Source: Desulfobacterales bacterium (lineage in GTDB: Bacteria; Desulfobacterota; Desulfobacteria; Desulfobacterales; UBA2174). From it: a stretch of DNA of 64,000 nt. Under the pieces are notes generated by a model. That model worked only from the letters and a program-made list of their open reading frames with translations, searched no databases and was not told the origin of the DNA. The stretch spans positions 640,001-704,000 of the forward strand of contig CAXXWC010000019.1 of NCBI GenBank assembly GCA_963668645.2, read 5' to 3'. This document shows, piece after piece, positions 60,701 to 64,000 of this stretch (the first letter of the stretch is position 1; each line of letters starts with the position of its first letter). The position numbers and the translations under genes are program-made.

Positions 60701-63700
60701 GCCGTCCGGGTCTTCGGCCAGACGGTCGGCGATGCGCATTCCGTCGGCCCCCTGCCCGTCCAGATCGTAGAAAAGCGCGATGGAAGCGTTCTGCTCGGCG
60801 TCGTGGTCACTCCAGCGGATGGTATACGCTGTATCGGCCCGCTCGCCCTCCCGGGACGGGGTCAGCAGAGTGATGGACGGAGGGCCAAGGCTGTAAAAAT
60901 AAGCGTTGGCGATCCCGTCGGAACCGATGGCGTCGGCCACTGCCACCGTGCCGCCGTCGATGTCCACCGCCGTACCGAAACCCTGGTAGTTATGTGCATC
61001 TGAAGGACCCAGCATGGCCCAGTACTGCCAGTCGGTATCGTAACGGCGAAAGAGATGGACCGCGCCGGCCGCCTCGGCAGCGGTGTTGTCGTAGCGGTCC
61101 GCCACGACAGCATACCTTTCTTCGAGGCCCAATTCGGCACCAAAGCACATAGCATTCTCTTCGGGAGCGGGAAAACGGGCCTCCTGGACCCATTCGCCGG
61201 ATTCGCGCCGGAAGACGTAGGCCGTCTCGTCGGCATTTACTAAAATCCGCTCACCGCGAATGGCCACCGCATCCCCGAACCACATATAATCACGCACATC
61301 GTCCGGTTGAAGAAAGGCGTCGACGGACCAGTTGCCGTCGCTGTCACGCACAAGCACATAGGCCCGGCCGGCATCGCTGAACGTGTCGCTGCTGTAGTAA
61401 GGGTCTCCTGCCACAGCCAGATCACCGGCAACGGCAAGACTGGTGCCGAAGCCGTCCCACTCCGACTCGCTCGGAGCGCTTAGGCAACCGCGGTGAACGA
61501 CGCGCCCCTCGGCATCGAAATCATAACAGTGCACCAGCCCGCACCATTGGTCGGTATTTGAACCGATCAACAAAACGCCTTCATCCATGGCCAGAGTCTG
61601 GCCGAAATCAATCTCCGCCGAAGGATCGGGGGGGTGGAGCACCTCGGTTTCGGGCCAGGTTCCGGCGGCATTTCGATAGATGTGAACCGCACCGGCATCG
61701 TCCGCCATGACCGCGCCCACCGCAACGCGTTCACCGGCCACGGCCACGGCCCGACCGTAGTAACTGTAGTTGTTCTCTGCCACGGGCAGGGCTTCTATGG
61801 TCAGGCGCATCATGAGCGGACGCCAGTCCCACACCCAGTCGCCGACGGCATCCAGAACGCTTACTACGTCTTGCGGAGGGCTGAGCCCACCACTCCAGTA
61901 CCAGCCTCCCCCATCCTGGTACGTCAGCGTACCGCGGAAGACGGACCAGTACTCCTCAGAGGTGCGGTCGTGCCAAACGCCGCCTTCCAAAAACTCGATC
62001 TTGCGGATGGCCAAAGGCAACATTAGGCCGTTTTCGTCCGGGTTGCGATACAGCCACAACCCGGCGATGTCCACATTGTTAAGGCGCTCGACGGCACCGG
62101 AAAGATAGTCATCGGCGTTAAAAATGACCGCTTCACGGTTGCGGTCGAAGACATGGAAGCCGATGGGCGACAAAGGGGCCACCGCAGCCGCCACGTCGGA
62201 AAACCGCGCAGCACGTGTCCAACCGGTACTGTCGCGCTGTAAGAGATGAGCACTGCCCGCGGCCAGGGGGTTAAAACTGGGAGTGCCGAGGATGGCGTAT
62301 TCGCCGTAAAGATCCAGCACGGGCTGCATTTCTCCGGACAGGTCATCACCTTGCACGGAGATTCTGGTCTCATCAAATCCTGACGGCGCGTGCTGGACAT
62401 AAAGCGGTCCGGCCCCGTAAACCGCCGTGGCCGGATCGTCCCCCATCAGTGCATACACCCAGTAAAAACCCGGTGCCAAGTCGGCCACTGGCCACTCATA
62501 TTGGCCGCTGTTAGTGCCGGTGCATTCCAGGGCAGTGACAATGGGCGTACCGTCGGCGCCGGCACTGTCGTCGTCGTAGTACAGGGAAATCGCGGCCGGG
62601 GCAGAACAGGTCGCTTCCCAGCGAAGGGTGTAGACAGCATCGGCCGTGTCGGCGATCCCGTCCGGCTCGACTACGGTCACGGATGATGCCGCATTGACGG
62701 TCACGGTGGCCGTAGCGTTCACTGCCTGGGAAAATCCTTCGACTTCAAGGATATAGGTGGTGGTGACACTGGGCTGGACGCTGTGCGACCCATTGAGGGG
62801 GACGGCACCGATGCCCGGTTGCAGGCTGGCACGAAGACCGCCTGTGGTCTGCCAGGACAGCAGTACGTCGCCACCGGGAGAGACGCTGTCCGGCGTGGCG
62901 GTCAAAACGGCGCTCAGCGGTGACAAGTCGAAATCCACCGCGGCAGTCTGACCCGCCGCCACCTCGACGGCCGTTTGCCAGTACTGGGTTCCGTCTACAT
63001 CGGCCCGGAGGCCGTAAGTTCCGGCCGGCAGATCGAAGGCCGCCTGTCCGCCGGCGTCGGTGATCTGCAGCCGGTTGAGGTAACTGCCGGTCTCCGAAAA
63101 AAGATAGACGTTGGCTTGCGGCACGTCTGCGCCAGATCGGAAAACGTGAACCGCGGCCCGGCCGAAGCCGATGACCACGGCCGTATCTACCAGCCGGAAC
63201 ACCGGCGACCAGAACGAGCCCCCCAACCAGTCGGCCCGTACCTTGTACGGTGCATCCGGCAGGTCGAAAACCGCCTGACCGGACGCATCCGTGTCCACGC
63301 ACCGGTTCTGGTAGGCACCCGACTCCGTGAAAAGATAGACCCGCACTCCGGCAAGCGGCGACAGACTCCCGGCAAAATCGGCCGACACCGTCACCGTGCT
63401 CGTCGCGTGCACGATCGGCAGATCCACCGCCGTGGTTTGCGGCACCTGGAAGACCTCGCTCCAGAACCGCGCCCCCACATAGTCCGCCCGCACCTGGTAG
63501 CTGCCGTCGGCCAGGTCGAACACCACCTGGCCAGACGTATCAGTCGCCGCCGTCAGATTGAGATAGCTGCCGGACTCGTTGAAAACATAGCAGGGCACGC
63601 CAGCAAGTGCGGCACCCTGGCCGTCGGTCACTGTCACGGCCACCGCGGCTCCGCCAGTGGATATCGCCACCTCGGTCACCGCGCCTTCAGTAAGATATGT

Positions 63701-64000
63701 GGCCTCGCTCCAGTAACGGCTCGACTGGTAGTCGGCGCGGAACTTGTACGTCCCGGCCGGAACCCGGAACACCGCCTGGCCGGATGCATCCGCGGTCGCG
63801 CTCAGATTCAGGTAGGTGCCCGCTTCGGTGAACGCGTACACCGGCACCCCTTCCAGCCCCTGACCGCTGCCGGTCACGCTCACCACCGCATCGGCCATGA
63901 GAACGGTCACGGTTGTATCGGCCAGCCGGAACACCGGCGACCAGAACCGGCCCCCCAACCAGTCGGCCCGTACCTTGTACGGTGCATCCGGCAGGTCGAA
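54746..64000 (-). CDS. Giant Rhs/YD-repeat protein (>3080 aa, 5' end outside window): carboxypeptidase-regulatory-like Ig repeats, PKD-like repeats, two FG-GAP propellers, DUF6531, YD shell, Rhs core, C-terminal toxin
   Basis: Frame stays open to 64000 (FDLPDAPYKVRADW...); FG.AVAIDGD..VGA repeats; YNSR..GALGRGWTHTY; many YD repeats; RYYDPATGRYLTADPIG...DPLGL then a 107-aa AT-rich tail (54746-55069). Confidence 0.93.
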   Translation of the reverse strand, partial: FDLPDAPYKVRADWLGGRFWSPVFRLADTTVTVLMADAVVSVTGSGQGLEGVPVYAFTEAGTYLNLSATADASGQAVFRVPAGTYKFRADYQSSRYWSEATYLTEGAVTEVAISTGGAAVAVTVTDGQGAALAGVPCYVFNESGSYLNLTAATDTSGQVVFDLADGSYQVRADYVGARFWSEVFQVPQTTAVDLPIVHATSTVTVSADFAGSLSPLAGVRVYLFTESGAYQNRCVDTDASGQAVFDLPDAPYKVRADWLGGSFWSPVFRLVDTAVVIGFGRAAVHVFRSGADVPQANVYLFSETGSYLNRLQITDAGGQAAFDLPAGTYGLRADVDGTQYWQTAVEVAAGQTAAVDFDLSPLSAVLTATPDSVSPGGDVLLSWQTTGGLRASLQPGIGAVPLNGSHSVQPSVTTTYILEVEGFSQAVNATATVTVNAASSVTVVEPDGIADTADAVYTLRWEATCSAPAAISLYYDDDSAGADGTPIVTALECTGTNSGQYEWPVADLAPGFYWVYALMGDDPATAVYGAGPLYVQHAPSGFDETRISVQGDDLSGEMQPVLDLYGEYAILGTPSFNPLAAGSAHLLQRDSTGWTRAARFSDVAAAVAPLSPIGFHVFDRNREAVIFNADDYLSGAVERLNNVDIAGLWLYRNPDENGLMLPLAIRKIEFLEGGVWHDRTSEEYWSVFRGTLTYQDGGGWYWSGGLSPPQDVVSVLDAVGDWVWDWRPLMMRLTIEALPVAENNYSYYGRAVAVAGERVAVGAVMADDAGAVHIYRNAAGTWPETEVLHPPDPSAEIDFGQTLAMDEGVLLIGSNTDQWCGLVHCYDFDAEGRVVHRGCLSAPSESEWDGFGTSLAVAGDLAVAGDPYYSSDTFSDAGRAYVLVRDSDGNWSVDAFLQPDDVRDYMWFGDAVAIRGERILVNADETAYVFRRESGEWVQEARFPAPEENAMCFGAELGLEERYAVVADRYDNTAAEAAGAVHLFRRYDTDWQYWAMLGPSDAHNYQGFGTAVDIDGGTVAVADAIGSDGIANAYFYSLGPPSITLLTPSREGERADTAYTIRWSDHDAEQNASIALFYDLDGQGADGMRIADRLAEDPDGPDGDSFLWDLEGVPAGRYYIYAVIDDGEHPPVVAYSRHALIVDHGAQTALSGETLYASDGQAAPELGRAVAVDAETIVAGADEAALVFVYSAGAWGQQARLTATDAGEDDQFGAAVAIDGDAVLVGAAQARPDGDVTGAAYVFRRDTGSAWTQEDRLVPVDPTAEEGFGVSVAIDGDVAVVGAMGWGLEERGAVYVFAHTASGWLQVARLTAEDGKAGDHFGQFVAVSGEYILVGSRQAAYYFAPSDEGGWVQQACFTPLDSQNEAYDGLTVALGETGALVGAFPTAGFNTALFYRPSDEGEWTRDAHVLGEASTTGYWPVAMAATGAVCGLQDGVVLFGVAQDAWTQVGRLAAPQAEEGFGLALDTGGGWIVVGAPTAGKVYVYPHMFAAISAAPPAIGAGQSATLSWSAVNATACTIAPDLGSVDLSGSAIVSPLQTTVYTLTAAGPLGTATADATVAVDPPFVTLTADPEEIAIGGTSTLRWQAVNADTCQISPDIGAVPLSGTRTVAPAANTVYTITATGPNGTARTYARVTFPPVSVSLSVEPAAIRPGESTTLTWTAENADQCVISPEIGTVAMSGSLQVVPQADTVYTVEASGPGGSDQARASIIVDGEAPVVSATWPLAGSAIQTADTSLTLTAAFGDDHAGICSVALLDTDGNDVAGQATITDGTLSYIVTSLADGTYHFDLVLTDCAGNQTVQPIDFTVVSLQGLDLGLAFDEQQGGGGLVGRTVRLTNGNVVVARRDLGFASPHGWGLSFGAVYNSRANRTGALGRGWTHTYEIGLSRPDATHLLIVDETGRNHLFVESGTAFTGEYGEHTKVEAVQGGYLWHRPDGSACRFDGDGLLTAVEDAVGNRLLVTYTENRPQRITDEATGRQLVFGYDQERLRAVYGPATAAVPDGTAWVRFEHGGDNLVRVVYADGSGVEYDWTDAADSGNLTGQYDLAGHRIATWEYDDADRCLRTEASDGSGVALTYDGDTAVDVADAYGTLRTYTVSEISGRRRVTVQTGPGWAPYKDNTVVRWDYDTALNLVEVETYGGMVHRYADFDMRGNPATVVLDALGQNARTVNYTYHPEMNTPLTRSEESLLDQAVKITTWDYDSDGDEDPNQAPGPRLTRLVEEGLTLDLSGALLPYCYVTTYGYNARGQVLFKNGPIEGDADLTTYGYDDATANLVSVTRPLVGTTFFVGYDGAGQPAVRTDVNGRQESYTYDGRGRCTAVVFGADGTTRRTIYNEAGLVTRTEDEDGVTQDYTYEAEFGRLERQSDQTGSTITFAYDVQGNLVDQRYQGADGIETNVRQFVYSGDGHSLPGKLLRQVNPDQTMTQYAYDPEGNIASVTDPRNTRTTYVHDGYGRITEEHLEAGEEVVTGYGYDRHGNLVLVIDPNGYQTLYTYDDMGRRVSTDSPDTGVTHYIYDAAGNLTGRRDANNVVVQYVYDALGRLCDVHYPDASQDVGFTYDQGDDGKGRRTAMSDPSGTTAWAYDGRGRLVSQTASVLGQAFDVEYAYTGAGRLASLTYPSGRSLDFERNACACTVDAVRTTFNSLTTPLMDDFAYRPYGRAEKAGNGAGGKIATTHDLRGRLSVANPDMPREQYFTYDSNGNLLTTRWTHQPWENRTYAYDAQNRLTTAKGGWGLMSLSYDAACNRLSKYILNGALESYTYSEGTNRLEYVEGVYYEHDAAGNRTVGGSMGFEYNGDNRLIRCTEAGSLVAEYVYNGLGQRVAKAVGGEVTLFVYDKDGHLILETEDAGINAREYLYRGDNRLAMYDKVAGAFYYFQNDHIGTPVAVTDAQNRIVWEAVYMPGGEVVVNPASTIEFNLRFAGQYFDAETGLHYNYHRYYDPATGRYLTADPIGLDGGISLYVYSHNNPTNKIDPLGLVDSLGEKIGRQVNWYVKVGFSLDEKPAILPPPKDMYSTPYEKYLLDSSMGLVGAGDPNHPLVGWLTGTTPVGLILWTPPYIFVNVFTDYNVPFYPPFSPPEMSKTCP
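63191..64000. repeat. Internal near-identical DNA repeat in the Rhs N-terminal region (period 732 bp)
   Basis: 63191-63268 is nearly identical to 63923-64000 (CAGCCGGAACACCGGCGACCAGAAC...GCAGGTCGAA). Confidence 0.8.

Noticed and set aside
1..64000. CRISPR array, tRNA, rRNA, integrase or T6SS genes
   Set aside because: No regularly spaced repeats, RNA-gene signatures, or recombinase/PAAR/VgrG/Hcp motifs seen

Overview
GC-rich bacterial chromosome segment. Gene content suggests an anaerobic Desulfobacterota/Desulfobacterales-like organism (inference only). There are four blocks. (1) 1-5.1 kb: a secreted phospholipase-A2/carbohydrate-binding fusion, a kce-fabH pair and gene remnants. (2) 5.1-36.5 kb, all minus strand: a large catabolic region with eda-kdgK, a flavin oxidoreductase pair, an MtaA-like protein, two TRAP transporters, a TatD-like hydrolase, IclR, a GlcD/GlcF-like dehydrogenase, EtfAB, an SDR, IorAB, two acyl-CoA dehydrogenases, an HpcH aldolase, a MaoC dehydratase and two 4-hydroxybutyryl-CoA dehydratase paralogues. 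The second paralogue is inactivated by both a frameshift and an IS1634. The region looks like an uncharacterised anaerobic sugar-acid/hydroxy-acid pathway. (3) 36.8-46.5 kb: an ISNCY element, a Cache two-component system, an acyl-CoA ligase, a permease and a hemolysin-III-family gene. (4) 46.6-64 kb: a polymorphic-toxin locus with a >3000-aa adhesin-like Rhs protein (start lies beyond the window), an orphan Rhs module, AT-rich toxin/membrane-immunity cassettes, a duplicated secreted accessory protein with a conserved N-half and variable C-half, and a small PilP/GspC-like protein. No PAAR/VgrG is in view. Two apparently identical 1964-bp IS1634 copies have different 5-bp target duplications. 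No rRNA, tRNA or CRISPR was seen. All homology calls come from motif recognition by eye, not database searches.
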